A DNA stretch of 64,000 bases, taken from contig CAXXLL010000003.1 of NCBI GenBank assembly GCA_963662545.2, positions 480,001 through 544,000 on the forward strand. The letters are read 5' to 3'. Shown here piece after piece: positions 25,301-35,924 of the stretch (its first letter is position 1; each line of letters opens with the position of its first letter). This DNA comes from Gammaproteobacteria bacterium. Lineage in GTDB: Bacteria; Pseudomonadota; Gammaproteobacteria; Ga0077536. The translations under genes were made by a program, and so were the position numbers. The notes beneath the pieces were generated by a model. It did not search any database. It had not been told where the DNA came from and was given only the letters and a program-made list of their open reading frames with translations.

Positions 25301-28300
25301 TCAGGGCATGAGTTCAGTCTGTTCGGCGAGATCGTAAAGAAAATCGATACCGATCTCGCGCATGGTTTCGGCCAGCTCCAGACCCGCTTGCTGCTTAGCT
25401 ATCGTCTTCTTGCCCATGAAGTGGACCAACTCGTTGATGGATTTCGCCATGGCGAAATCTTTGGGGCTTTTCTGAGCGTCGGCGATGAATCCCGTTTTGA
25501 CCGTGACGAAATCTACGTCGAGTTCCTTAATATAATCGTAGTTGTCGTGGCCACTACCGAACTCATCGAGTATGAATCGGCATCCGAATTCCTTCATGCT
25601 GCTGATCAAGTCGCCGGCTTCGACGACATTATCAACGACGTCGCGATCGGGGATCTCGAAACATATTTTGCCGGGCGGCACCGGTGTTTCCATGAATTCG
25701 CCCATTATCTGATTCGGCAAATCCTCGTTCTTCATGGATGCCGAGGACAGCGGGATGACGATCAGCGCGTATTTTTCTACTTCATCCTCATGGTCGACCA
25801 TCCATGCCAAGGTCTGCTTGAAGGCCCACATGTCGATCTCCGCCGCAATATCGCAGCGGGCAAGCGCAGGCATGAACGACTGCGTCGGAATCGGCTTGTC
25901 ATTGCGGTCACGCGCACCTATCGCAATGTGAAGCGCGGGTGGAATTTCGCTGTCGTGCAGGCTGGTCACATTTTGCCCATGCAGCATCAGGCATTCGCGC
26001 TCTAGCGCCTTGTTGGCATAGGCGACCATCTGCTCCATCTGCCGACGCTGCTGGCTTTCGCTGCCGGCGACGTAAATCGAACCGATACCCATTTCGCGCG
26101 CCGATGCGCAGGCTTCGAGCGCCGCCGAAAGCAAACCCTCGGCTTGAATCAATCCGTCTTCGCTGCCGATAACACCGATCACGATCTCCGGGGCGATTGC
26201 CCGCACGACCGTCTCGGCTTCTGCCGCATCATCCGATTCGGGTATATCGTCCGTGCTCTCCTCGAGGCTGATTGATATACCGGTCAGTGACTCCAGTTTT
26301 GACTGGAATTTCTTGTAAACATTTTGGATACCGCCCGCCGGCCAGTAGATACCAAGGTCCGCGCCACCGAGGCGTCCGAAAACGAGGTTTTTTCCGCGCA
26401 TCTCCTCGCGCAGCACTTGTGAAAATTTCTCGATTAAAGCGTCACCGATTTCCGCACCGAACTCATCGTTTACTTGTTTCAGATTCTCAATTGAAATCTG
26501 ACAGATAACGGCATTTTTCGCCGCCGCTGTTTCGGCTTCCGGCAGGACCGCGTCGATCTCCTCAACGAAAAACTTTCGGTTCAGAAAGCCAGTCAAGGGA
26601 TCGCGCGTCGCGTGCTGTTCAAGCTGACTGTGGAAACGATCCACGACCCCAAACATCGCGCGCTCCATTGCCGGCTCGTCCTCGTCCGAATCCAAAGGCT
26701 TGAGAATTCCACGGCGCAGGTACATCGCGACCTGCTCGTGCGTCAAGGTGCTCGCCTTGTTTCCCAATTCATCGACGAACACGAACAGGTTGTTCTTTGC
26801 CTCCTTCCATACGAGCGTCACGATGATCGGATTCGTCGTATTGGCGTTCATGAGCATGCGCTCGCCGACTTCCAGATCCTTGGACCGCTCCAGCCATTTA
26901 TGCCATTCCTCCGGGAAATCGGATCGTTCGAGGGTTTGGTCGGTGGCTTCCAGCGACTGGCCCCGGCGTTGTTCGAGGATTTGCTGCTGTTTCTCACAGG
27001 ATTCGACGACTTCGCCGACTCTACTGTCGTAATCGCTGCCCTGTTCCCGCACGATTTTGTCGAGCTCCGCGATCATGGGCTTGAAGATCGATACGTCATC
27101 GTGAAACTGTTCGTTTACCTGCGTCACCAGTTCCTGGACTCGAGCATTGCGGCGTTGGTCTTCTTCGCTCTTACCGTCGCGAACCTGCGCGATGCGATTG
27201 ATGACCTGCCTGACGGGATGGTCCGAAGATTCAAAGAACTGCGAATCGATGAGAGCCGCCTTGTGTACGGAGGGCTGCAATCGAGTGAGATGCGTCTTCG
27301 CGCTCTTAGCCACGAGTACATCATTCAGCATGGCGCTGAACAGGTTGGCCACGACCTCGATCGCATCATTGGCCTCATTGCTGATCATTTTTTCCGGAGC
27401 CCCGTCGCCGATGAGGGCATCGGTGATCCGCTGCTTGATGCCGTCGACGTCGAGCAGTTGGGGATCAGCGATTTCGGCAAAAGCCTGCTGAACCTCGTTC
27501 AGCCCATCGACGACCTGGCCGCGACTGTAATCGCCACGCTGCCTGACGGTTGCCGAGAAAATTTGCGCCTGATCCGGCGTGAGCTGCCGGCGCAGTGCCA
27601 TTTGTGTTTGCGCGGTCGAGTAAACCTGCTGCATCGACGGCGCCGCATAGCGCACGCCCGGTGTGACCCAACCAGCCGGTAGCCCACCGCCTCCGAGCGC
27701 GGGGAGTGCGACGCCTGCAGTGGCGGACGCCGGCGGCGCGGAGGGTGGCGCAGCGGCAACGCCGCCCGGTGAAATCGGCGGCGGCGCAGCGGCAACACCG
27801 CCGGGTGAAACCGGCGATAGCGCGGCGACAACACCGCCCGGTGAAACCGGCGGCGGCGCAGCGGCAACACCGCCCGGTGAAATCGGTGGTGGCGCAGCGG
27901 CGACTCCGCCCGGTGAAATCGGCGGCGGCGCAGCGACGACTCCGCCCGGTGAAATCGGCGGTGGCGCTTGCTGAACGCCGGCTGCGCCTGGTTGGTAGGG
28001 CGGTACGGGCTGCCCGGCGCCCGGCGCGGGCAACGGTCCGGCCGTTACCGCGGGGCCGTATCCAGGTCGAAGTTGAGCTTGCGCTGGCGCTTGTTGCTGC
28101 GGATAGCCTTGATAATTTTCGGGGCTCGGCATCAGACTGGTAAAATCGTCCTCCTGCTCCGCTCCAGGTTGCCCCATCGTATCGTCCAAGGCGCCTTCGA
28201 TCGGTACCTCGAAACCGGCCTTGGCCGGTGGTTTTTTCTTGAGAACCGGTTTGTCCTTCTCGATCACCGGCAGAACGGCGTGTTCAACGAGCAGCGCGTT

Positions 28301-29275
28301 GACCTCTTCGTAGAAGGGCCCGAGATTGCCCGACATGACTTCGTGCAGAACCTCGTAGATGCGTTTGATGATACGGCTATCGGACTGGAGCCCTTTGAGG
28401 CTGTCGGCCAGGGCATTACAGAGAATGCTGGGTCCGATCGGAATTGAAGCAGTGTCCAATTCGCGATTTGCCAAATAGGTAAAGCGTCGGCTAAGCGCGA
28501 ATAATGGTTCACTGAACTCGGGCTCGAGTTCCGACACCGCGAGAAATTCTTCGAAATCTTCCTTGTCAACGAGGGAAAGATCAGAAAGACCGATGGACTC
28601 GGGTTCCTTGTCCTGATCCGAAAGCGGGTTGCCGAGGATTGAAATCCCCAATTCGATTTTGGCCGGTACTTCTTCGCGAACTTTATCCCGGCGTTTGCGT
28701 ATTTCACGTTGTCCGTCCAGAAACCGTGTTTCGTCCACATTATTGTCGGCATCACGAGCGGCAAGAAAGAGCACGTCGTCAGTGCGTTCGAGAAAGCGGT
28801 CACAGATCTTGCGCGTGTGTTCGTCCGCCAATTTGGTCAATGGTCCGAGAAGCCCGGAAAACTCGACTGCAAATCCCCCGTGCGTTTCACTTAGCCCTTC
28901 GATCGAATCGGGAATGGCTGGCGCTGCGGCCGGGGCTGCAAGCTGTTTGAGGAGTTCTATCGTCTGCGGATCGGGATCCCTGAAAGAGACACCGATTCCC
29001 TTTGCGACCGCGCGCGCGATAGTAAGGCCTACTTGAAAGTCCTTTTTCTCTCCGCCTATGAACAGCGCGAAGTAAAGTATCGCAGGTGTTTGCGGCGCAA
29101 CGCTCGCATACGCCGCGGGATCGGCAGTGATGAACATTCCGCCGGCGCAGTAGTCTCGTGCGGTGCAGGGAATGGGGGCATTGCCGTCAATACTGAGCAA
29201 TCCATCGAGATTGATCGCTAAGCGCGCAAATCGCCGCTGCTCTGCGCCTCCTGATTGACCCCGCCCTGCAGTCAT
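25301..29275 (-). CDS. PilZ + DUF1631-like + degenerate GGDEF + degenerate EAL protein
   Basis: N-terminal QRRFAR..RDYCAGG; LSLVDKEDFEE and FF...HPVRQ.IN (DUF1631-like); DPLTGFLNR..GRLGGADL; ILDEFGSG. Confidence 0.78.
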   Translation of the reverse strand: MTAGRGQSGGAEQRRFARLAINLDGLLSIDGNAPIPCTARDYCAGGMFITADPAAYASVAPQTPAILYFALFIGGEKKDFQVGLTIARAVAKGIGVSFRDPDPQTIELLKQLAAPAAAPAIPDSIEGLSETHGGFAVEFSGLLGPLTKLADEHTRKICDRFLERTDDVLFLAARDADNNVDETRFLDGQREIRKRRDKVREEVPAKIELGISILGNPLSDQDKEPESIGLSDLSLVDKEDFEEFLAVSELEPEFSEPLFALSRRFTYLANRELDTASIPIGPSILCNALADSLKGLQSDSRIIKRIYEVLHEVMSGNLGPFYEEVNALLVEHAVLPVIEKDKPVLKKKPPAKAGFEVPIEGALDDTMGQPGAEQEDDFTSLMPSPENYQGYPQQQAPAQAQLRPGYGPAVTAGPLPAPGAGQPVPPYQPGAAGVQQAPPPISPGGVVAAPPPISPGGVAAAPPPISPGGVAAAPPPVSPGGVVAALSPVSPGGVAAAPPPISPGGVAAAPPSAPPASATAGVALPALGGGGLPAGWVTPGVRYAAPSMQQVYSTAQTQMALRRQLTPDQAQIFSATVRQRGDYSRGQVVDGLNEVQQAFAEIADPQLLDVDGIKQRITDALIGDGAPEKMISNEANDAIEVVANLFSAMLNDVLVAKSAKTHLTRLQPSVHKAALIDSQFFESSDHPVRQVINRIAQVRDGKSEEDQRRNARVQELVTQVNEQFHDDVSIFKPMIAELDKIVREQGSDYDSRVGEVVESCEKQQQILEQRRGQSLEATDQTLERSDFPEEWHKWLERSKDLEVGERMLMNANTTNPIIVTLVWKEAKNNLFVFVDELGNKASTLTHEQVAMYLRRGILKPLDSDEDEPAMERAMFGVVDRFHSQLEQHATRDPLTGFLNRKFFVEEIDAVLPEAETAAAKNAVICQISIENLKQVNDEFGAEIGDALIEKFSQVLREEMRGKNLVFGRLGGADLGIYWPAGGIQNVYKKFQSKLESLTGISISLEESTDDIPESDDAAEAETVVRAIAPEIVIGVIGSEDGLIQAEGLLSAALEACASAREMGIGSIYVAGSESQQRRQMEQMVAYANKALERECLMLHGQNVTSLHDSEIPPALHIAIGARDRNDKPIPTQSFMPALARCDIAAEIDMWAFKQTLAWMVDHEDEVEKYALIVIPLSSASMKNEDLPNQIMGEFMETPVPPGKICFEIPDRDVVDNVVEAGDLISSMKEFGCRFILDEFGSGHDNYDYIKELDVDFVTVKTGFIADAQKSPKDFAMAKSINELVHFMGKKTIAKQQAGLELAETMREIGIDFLYDLAEQTELMP
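27745..27967. repeat. Intragenic 36-bp tandem repeat, about 6 copies (APPPISPGGVAA)
   Basis: Repeated CCGCCCGGTGAAATCGGCGGCGGCGCAGCGGCAACA units. Confidence 0.9.
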
Positions 29276-29570
29276 AGTTTGGAAAACCGTTAGCCAGTTT
29301 GCTCAATCGCACGCACGGGCCGTTCGAATCGATAGTCAATCGTTGCGCCGAACGTACGATTTACCGCATTATTGTAACATCCACCGCCCCCGGTCGAGCC
29401 ATTCGCCAAACCCAAAAGGATCCCCGGCATAGCGGTTTAAATCTGATTTCGTCTCGAAATTGTCTCCCGGTGACCGGCCCGCGTTTCTGGGAATGACTCC
29501 AATACGGTTTTGAGCTAGATCAAACTCACCAAGGGCGGCGGGCGTTAGTGCATGCTGTGAGCCGACGACA

Positions 29571-31250
29571 ATGAATTCCACAACCAAGCCAACACCCGTC
29601 AATTTCATACGCGGCATCATCGATTCCGACCAGGCCAGTGGAAAACACGACGGCCGTGTTGCAACGAGGTTTCCTCCGGAACCGAACGGCTACCTCCACA
29701 TTGGACATGCTAAGTCCATCTGCCTCAACTTCGGTACTGCCTTGGCTTATGGAGGTAACTGCAATCTGCGCTTCGACGACACGAACCCGGACAAGGAAAG
29801 CGAAGAATACACCGACGCGATCAAGGAGGACGTTAAGTGGTTGGGATTTGCCTGGGAGGACCGCTTATTTCACGCGTCGGACTACTTCGAACGGTTGTAT
29901 GCCTACGCCTGCGACCTGATATCAGCAAGCAAGGCGTACGTGGATAGTCTGACGGCGGACGAAATCAGGCAATTCCGCGGAACTTTGACCGAGAGCGGAC
30001 GCGACAGCCCATATCGGAACCGCAGCGTCGAAGAAAACTTGACTCTTTTCGAACGCATGCGCAATGGCGAATTCGAGGAAGGTGCACATGTACTGCGCGC
30101 TAAGATCGACATGGGCTCACCCAACATCAACATGCGCGATCCAACGCTATACCGCATTCGGAAATCTGTTCATCACCGCACGGGTGAACATTGGAAGATC
30201 TATCCGTTGTATGACTATACGCATTGTGTGTCCGATGCACTGGAGCGCATAACGCATTCCTTGTGCACACTCGAATTTGAAGATCATCGGCCATTGTACG
30301 ACTGGGTCCTCGATCATCTAGATGTACCTTGCCACCCTCAGCAGATCGAATTCGCGCGCCTCGAGCTCAATTTCACGATTACCAGCAAGCGCAAACTGCT
30401 GGAGTTGGTAGAAGAAGGCCATGTTTCGGGATGGGACGATCCTCGCCTGCCAACCTTGAAAGGAATGCGACGCAGAGGATATCCGCCGGCGGCGATTCGG
30501 AATTTTTGCGATCGCGTTGGGGTAACCAAGAAGCAGACCGTCATCGATATGGGCGTACTCGAGAATTGCGTCCGCGAAGAACTCGATCGGACCGCACCAC
30601 GCGCAATGGTGGTTCTTGATCCGGTCAAACTCGTCATTGGTAATTTCCCAGAAGACGAAGTCGAATGGCTGGGCATACCGAATCATCCTAAAAATGAATC
30701 CTTCGGTAGGCGCCAGATTCCATTAACGCGCGAGATCTATATTGAGCGCAACGACTTCATGATCGATCCGCCGAAAAAATTTTACCGGCTCTCACCCGGC
30801 ACCGAAGTGCGCCTTCGAAATGCTTACGTCATTCGCTGCGAGAAAGTATTGACCGACGAGCACGGCGACATCCGCGAACTGCATTGCTTTTACGATCCGG
30901 ACACCGCCGGCGGTACCACGCCGGATGGGCGCAAGGTGAAGGGAATTATTCACTGGGTTTCGTGCGCATACGGGAAGCCGGTTGAGATCCGGCTTTTTGA
31001 CCGGCTGTTCGATGTGCCGGACCCGGGTGCCGAGGAAGATTTTCGGACCTGCCTGAACCCGGATTCGATGCAGGTCATCGAGCAGGCCATTGCCGAGCCT
31101 TCGATTATCGACGGTGATGTTCTCGTCTACCAGTTTGAGCGCGTCGGGTATTTCAGCCGCGACGAGGAAAGCACCGCGCAATCACCCGTGTTCAATCGCA
31201 CGGTCAGCTTGCGCGACACATGGTCGAAGCTGGCTAGCGGACGGCGCTGA
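29571..31250 (+). CDS. glnS: Glutamine--tRNA ligase
   Basis: [17 protein letters not shown] (HIGH), [26 protein letters not shown]. Confidence 0.97.
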   Translation: MNSTTKPTPVNFIRGIIDSDQASGKHDGRVATRFPPEPNGYLHIGHAKSICLNFGTALAYGGNCNLRFDDTNPDKESEEYTDAIKEDVKWLGFAWEDRLFHASDYFERLYAYACDLISASKAYVDSLTADEIRQFRGTLTESGRDSPYRNRSVEENLTLFERMRNGEFEEGAHVLRAKIDMGSPNINMRDPTLYRIRKSVHHRTGEHWKIYPLYDYTHCVSDALERITHSLCTLEFEDHRPLYDWVLDHLDVPCHPQQIEFARLELNFTITSKRKLLELVEEGHVSGWDDPRLPTLKGMRRRGYPPAAIRNFCDRVGVTKKQTVIDMGVLENCVREELDRTAPRAMVVLDPVKLVIGNFPEDEVEWLGIPNHPKNESFGRRQIPLTREIYIERNDFMIDPPKKFYRLSPGTEVRLRNAYVIRCEKVLTDEHGDIRELHCFYDPDTAGGTTPDGRKVKGIIHWVSCAYGKPVEIRLFDRLFDVPDPGAEEDFRTCLNPDSMQVIEQAIAEPSIIDGDVLVYQFERVGYFSRDEESTAQSPVFNRTVSLRDTWSKLASGRR

Positions 31251-31285
31251 AAATCGGTCGCGGGCCGCAGGTGAACGCGGTCGCG

Positions 31286-33721
31286 TTATCGGTCGGTACG
31301 GCGGTCATCCGCCGTCTTTGTTAATTTCTCCGCGAGCGTCCAGACGCCGTCCCAATCGTCCGCCGGGCCGTGTTCCTGATAATGCAGGGCGCGCTCGCGG
31401 AACAGCCGGCTCGGCCGATCGGTTCGATCCGCCTCGATGGCCATCTCGAAATGCCTGACGGCGTCCGACCAGGAGCGTTCACGATAGCTGGCGATACCGC
31501 TCGCAAAGTGTTTCATAATCGAGGACTCGGATGCCGGTATGGCTTCAGAGGAGAGGCCGCGTACTTCGACAAGAGGAATCGGCTCTAGCCTGCCCTTGAC
31601 CCGGATCAGATCCAGTTCCCGCATGCGATACTCACCGTGCAGCAGGTCCCGCGTTGCTCCGCTGATCAGGATGCCGGTTCCAAGCTGCTTGTTGGCCGAT
31701 TCGAGTCTGGCCGCAATGTTCACGCTGTCGCCAATGACCGTGTAGTCCATACGACGCGCCGAACCAATGTTGCCAGCGACGACATCGCCTGAGTTGATGC
31801 CTATTCTGATTTCGAATTCGGGCCGTCCCTCGCTGTGCCGTCGCTGATTGAGCGCGGCCAGCACCTGCTGCATGCGAATCGCCACCTTGACTGCGTTGTC
31901 GGCATCCTCGGGAGACGGGAACGGCGTCCCGAAGACGGCCATGATGGCGTCACCGATGTACTTGTCGAGAATGCCGTGGTATTCGAACACCAGCTCGACC
32001 ATCTCGGTGAAGTATTCGTTGAGCATGGACACCGTCTCCGGCGCTCCGAAACTCTCCGCGATTTCAGTAAATCCCTTGATATCGGAAAATAAGATCGTCG
32101 CATTTTGCGTACGGCCGCCGAGAACGGATTCTCCTTCGGCCAATACCTGCTCTGCCACTTCGGCAGTCATGTAACGAGCCATGGTCGCGCGCACCCGCTT
32201 CTCTTCGGTAACGTCCTCGATGATCATGGTGCAACCGAGGGAGTGGCCTTCCGTATCTGCAAGCGGTGTGGTGTTGACGTTGACGGTAACTTCGTGGCCG
32301 TCGAAGGTATGGAGATCGGCGTCGAGGATGATGTCCGGTTCGTGATTTTCGACGACCTTCTGGACGCTCTCCAGTAACCAGGTATTACCATTGCCGAAGA
32401 TCTTTGCAGCCGATCCCCCGAGGATCTCCGAGGCGCGGACGCGAAGAATAGAGCACGCAGCGTCGTTCAGCTTCACGATATTGTGCGAGGTATCGAGCGT
32501 GATCACCCCGTCCGACAAACTGCGGAGCACGTTCTCGCTGTAATTCCGTTCATCCAGGACCTCGCGGAACAACCTCGCATTGTCCAGTGCGATAGCGCTT
32601 TGGGCGGCCAGCATTTCCAGGCGCCGCTGATCACGCAGGCGAAACGGACCGCCGCGTCGATTGAGTACTTGTAGTACGCCGATTGGTACGCCCAGCTTGT
32701 TAATAACGGGCACGCCGAGGATCGAGCGCGTTCGGAAACCGGTCTTACGGTCGACCGCCGGATTGAACCGGGAGTCGGCATAGGCATCCGGAATGTTGAC
32801 CGCCGTGTGCGTCGTGAATACTTCTCCGGCGATACCAACTTTCGACGGGATCCGTATTTCGCGTTCCGAGATGCCTTCGGCGACCCGTGACCATAATTCG
32901 TCGGTATTGGGGTCGTGGAGGAATAGCGTGCTGCGTTCCGCTTCGAGCAGATCGGTGACAATTCCGATGATCTTGCGCAGTAGTTTCTCAATATTGAGCT
33001 CGGATGAGACGACCTGCGTGACTTCGAGCATACGCGCTTCTTCGCGCTGTGAATCGCGTGCGCGCTCGCTGAGCTGCGCCGTTTCTATGACCGCCGCCGT
33101 GTGAGTCGTAAATGCCTGCAGCAAGGCGGCGTCGGCCGCGGAGAAATCACCGTTGCGCTTGTTCAGGACTTCGGTCACGCCGATGATGTCATGGGCACGC
33201 GTGCGTAGCGGTACGCATAGGATATTGTGCGTGTGGTATCCCGTTTCAGCGTCCACCGACGAATTGAAGCGCGGATCGATATAGGCGTTGAGAATGATCG
33301 CGGGTTCACCGCTCTGAAATACGGATCCGGCGACGCCGGAGTCTGCAGGAAAACGGATTTCGTCGACGAGATCACCTTGGGCGATGCGCGAGAAGAGCTC
33401 TTTGGATTCCGCGTCGTAGAGGAACAGAGAACTCCGATCTGCATCGAATGCATCCGTGATCAGCGTCATCAAGCGCGTGAGCAGTATATCTAAAGACAGG
33501 GGTTCTCGGACTTTGCCCGTCGCCTCGACCAGCGAATCGAGACGCCGCGCCAGGTCGTCGATTTGGTGCAGCAGTTCGCGGCGTTCCGCTTCGGGATATA
33601 CCTCGACGGTTTGTTTGAGAGCGCTTTCCTGCAACCGGCGCTCGAAGATGTCATGCACGGTAGAATCGCCAGAGACAGCCAAATCTCTGGCAGAACTATC
33701 GGTTAAAGTCTCTTTGGTCAT
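31286..33721 (-). CDS. Class III adenylate cyclase with tandem GAF domains and a PAS domain
   Basis: Two GAF repeats (D.RFN..VD..TG..T..IL.VP, NKR/NRR). FSDIKGFT, DKYIGDAIMA, RRMDYTVIGDSVNIAARLE; Lys/Asp specificity pair suggests ATP. Confidence 0.9.
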   Translation of the reverse strand: MTKETLTDSSARDLAVSGDSTVHDIFERRLQESALKQTVEVYPEAERRELLHQIDDLARRLDSLVEATGKVREPLSLDILLTRLMTLITDAFDADRSSLFLYDAESKELFSRIAQGDLVDEIRFPADSGVAGSVFQSGEPAIILNAYIDPRFNSSVDAETGYHTHNILCVPLRTRAHDIIGVTEVLNKRNGDFSAADAALLQAFTTHTAAVIETAQLSERARDSQREEARMLEVTQVVSSELNIEKLLRKIIGIVTDLLEAERSTLFLHDPNTDELWSRVAEGISEREIRIPSKVGIAGEVFTTHTAVNIPDAYADSRFNPAVDRKTGFRTRSILGVPVINKLGVPIGVLQVLNRRGGPFRLRDQRRLEMLAAQSAIALDNARLFREVLDERNYSENVLRSLSDGVITLDTSHNIVKLNDAACSILRVRASEILGGSAAKIFGNGNTWLLESVQKVVENHEPDIILDADLHTFDGHEVTVNVNTTPLADTEGHSLGCTMIIEDVTEEKRVRATMARYMTAEVAEQVLAEGESVLGGRTQNATILFSDIKGFTEIAESFGAPETVSMLNEYFTEMVELVFEYHGILDKYIGDAIMAVFGTPFPSPEDADNAVKVAIRMQQVLAALNQRRHSEGRPEFEIRIGINSGDVVAGNIGSARRMDYTVIGDSVNIAARLESANKQLGTGILISGATRDLLHGEYRMRELDLIRVKGRLEPIPLVEVRGLSSEAIPASESSIMKHFASGIASYRERSWSDAVRHFEMAIEADRTDRPSRLFRERALHYQEHGPADDWDGVWTLAEKLTKTADDRRTDR

Positions 33722-34194
33722 CGTCCCGCAGCGATTGACTTCTTTTATCGTCCCCTAAATCGCAGTATATTTCTATCAAGCGACGGACCTTGTTTCTGAG
33801 AAGTAATTCTCATTGGTGGAGAGTGAACGATCAACCTATAACGGCCAATCGTTTAAATTCTTAACGATGCTGTAACAATTGGACACAATGGGCTCGAGGT
33901 CGATGTTTGGCCCCCGCCTCCCGTTTCTTCGTGACACAGCTACGATTCGGCGTGAAATGCGCCTTTTCACGCCGCGCCGCGCCGCGCAATCACAGGTCGC
34001 GATATCCGCCGGGCAGTCACCCGCGCCGCCTTCACGGCCTGCACCCGTGCTCTCGGTCTTGTTTGCATGCCGGCGAGTAGTACCCCACGGCGCCGCCTTT
34101 ATATAGCGGTTGGCTCGCGTGAAAACCAGCTAGCTGTGGACCACATGATGCACCTGATCCGTCCCGCTCCGTTTGCTAGACTCCTCACCCCACT

Positions 34195-34270
34195 GCCCTG
34201 GTAGCTCAGGGGATAGAGCAACCGCCTCCTAAGCGGTAGGTCGCAGGTTCGAATCCTGCTCAGGGCGCCA
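34195..34270 (+). tRNA. tRNA-Arg (anticodon CCT)
   Basis: 76-nt cloverleaf: acceptor GCCCTGG/TCAGGGC, anticodon arm ACCGC-CTCCTAA-GCGGT, T loop TTCGAAT, encoded CCA. Confidence 0.96.
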
Positions 34271-34290
34271 ACATGCTTTCGTCATTGAGC

Positions 34291-34467
34291 AGAACCCATC
34301 GCAAAATTATTCGGCCCCACGCGGGCAGCCGTCCGGGGTGCCCCCTGCAAACCACGCTTGCTGCGTTCTAGCGCTTGAACATGGAACCACCATGCCCTGC
34401 GCGCGGCGCCTTTTAACCCCGATTTTCACGGGGCAACGTGGGCCCGAATAATTTTGCGATGGGTTCT
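34291..34467. mobile_element. MITE family C, full-length copy (177 bp)
   Basis: About 31-bp TIR AGAACCCATCGCAAAATTATTCGG(C/G)CCCACG. The right end overlaps the aminotransferase TAG stop. Confidence 0.82.
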
Positions 34468-35812
34468 ACTGATTTGCCCGTATCGCGTCCCGAAGCGTGT
34501 CGACGATGATACCAATTTCCTGTTCGCTCACCGTCGTCGACGGCCCGATGGCGATGATGTCCCCGCTATAGCGCACCATCACGCCGGCATCGAAACAGTG
34601 GTGAAAGACGTTCATCGCTCGGATCGACGCCTGGCCCTCGATCGGTTCGAACTCGACCGCTGCCGCGATACCGATATTCCGGACATCGATGACTTTGGGT
34701 TCGTCGCGCAGCGAATGGATAGCGTCCTCAAGCACCGGTTCGAGCATGCGCGCCCGCTCGAATAAGCCCTCCTCCTGGTAGACGTCCAGCGTCGCCACCG
34801 CGGCCGCGCAACCAAGTGGATGCCCGGAATAAGTATAGCCGTGGAAGAACTCGACGAGGTGTTCCGGACCCTGCATGAACGCTTCGTAGATCCCCTCGCG
34901 TACGAGGGCACCGCCGAGTGGAACCATGCCGCTGGTAACGCCCTTGGCGAAGCTGATAATGTCCGGCAGGACATCAAATCGCGTCGGCGAAAACAGTTCA
35001 CCGAGACGTCCGAAAGCCGTGATGACCTCGTCAAAGATCAACAGGATCCCGTGACGATCGCAGATCTCGCGCAGGCGTTTGAGATAGCCGGTGGGCGGTA
35101 CGATGACGCCCGCCGATCCCTGCATCGGCTCGACGATGACTGCCGCGATGGTTGATGCATCGTGCAGGGCCACGATGCGTTCCAAATCGTCCGCCAGGTG
35201 CGCGCCCCATTCGGGCTGCCCACGCGTGAACGCCATGTGTTCGAGATCGTGCGTATGAGGCAGATGGTCGACGCCCGGAATCAGCGCGCTCGCGAATGCC
35301 TTTCGATTAGGTGTCATACCCCCGACCGAAATACCGCCGAAGCCGACACCGTGATAGCCCTTTGTCCGACCGATCAGCCGAAAACGGCCGCCGTCGCCGC
35401 GTACCTTGTGATAAGCGATTGCGATCTTGAGCGCGGTGTCGACGGCTTCCGATCCGGAATTAACGAAAAATACGTGGTTGAGATCCCCCGGCGCGGCGTC
35501 CGTCAGCTTATTTGCGAGTTCGAACGCCTTCGGATGATGCGCCTGAAAGGCGACCGCATAATCCAGATCATCCAGTTGCGCTTTGACTGCTTCGACGATT
35601 TTCGGATGGCGGTGTCCCGCGTTACAGCACCACAGGCCGGACATGGCGTCCAGTATCTGCCTGCCGTCCGGTGTCGTGTAGTACATGCCTTCCGCGCGGC
35701 TCACCAGGCGTGGGTGCTTCTTGAAATAGCGGTTGTGGGTAAAGGGGAGCCACAGGGCCTCCAGATCCGGGATGTTCTCGGCGGATGAGAGGCGTTCGGC
35801 GGGCTCGCTCAT
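34466..35812 (-). CDS. Class III aminotransferase (omega-amino acid:pyruvate / beta-alanine type)
   Basis: WLPFT, GLWCCNAGH, NSGSEAVDTALK, GYHG, FDEVIT.FGR, AKG, HGYTYSGHP. Confidence 0.9.
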   Translation of the reverse strand: MSEPAERLSSAENIPDLEALWLPFTHNRYFKKHPRLVSRAEGMYYTTPDGRQILDAMSGLWCCNAGHRHPKIVEAVKAQLDDLDYAVAFQAHHPKAFELANKLTDAAPGDLNHVFFVNSGSEAVDTALKIAIAYHKVRGDGGRFRLIGRTKGYHGVGFGGISVGGMTPNRKAFASALIPGVDHLPHTHDLEHMAFTRGQPEWGAHLADDLERIVALHDASTIAAVIVEPMQGSAGVIVPPTGYLKRLREICDRHGILLIFDEVITAFGRLGELFSPTRFDVLPDIISFAKGVTSGMVPLGGALVREGIYEAFMQGPEHLVEFFHGYTYSGHPLGCAAAVATLDVYQEEGLFERARMLEPVLEDAIHSLRDEPKVIDVRNIGIAAAVEFEPIEGQASIRAMNVFHHCFDAGVMVRYSGDIIAIGPSTTVSEQEIGIIVDTLRDAIRANQ

Positions 35813-35924
35813 CTTATGTCGCTCCAATAACGAGTGGTGTTGACGGTACTCGCTTCACTCTACCGCTGCGGCCCGTAGGCGACAAGAACGCCGGCGGTGC
35901 GACCGGCGTGTTTCGAAGCCGGCG

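Noticed and set aside
27745-27967. 36-bp repeats as a CRISPR array
   Set aside because: Head-to-tail with no spacers and in frame within a CDS.
33797-33812. TGAGAA-GTAA-TTCTCA as a Fur box upstream of the cyclase
   Set aside because: Spacing is one base off the 7-1-7 consensus and there is no iron-related context; too weak to call.
34195-34470. tRNA-Arg as the attachment site of an integrated island or prophage
   Set aside because: No integrase and no duplicated tRNA 3' end noticed in the window; only a MITE follows.
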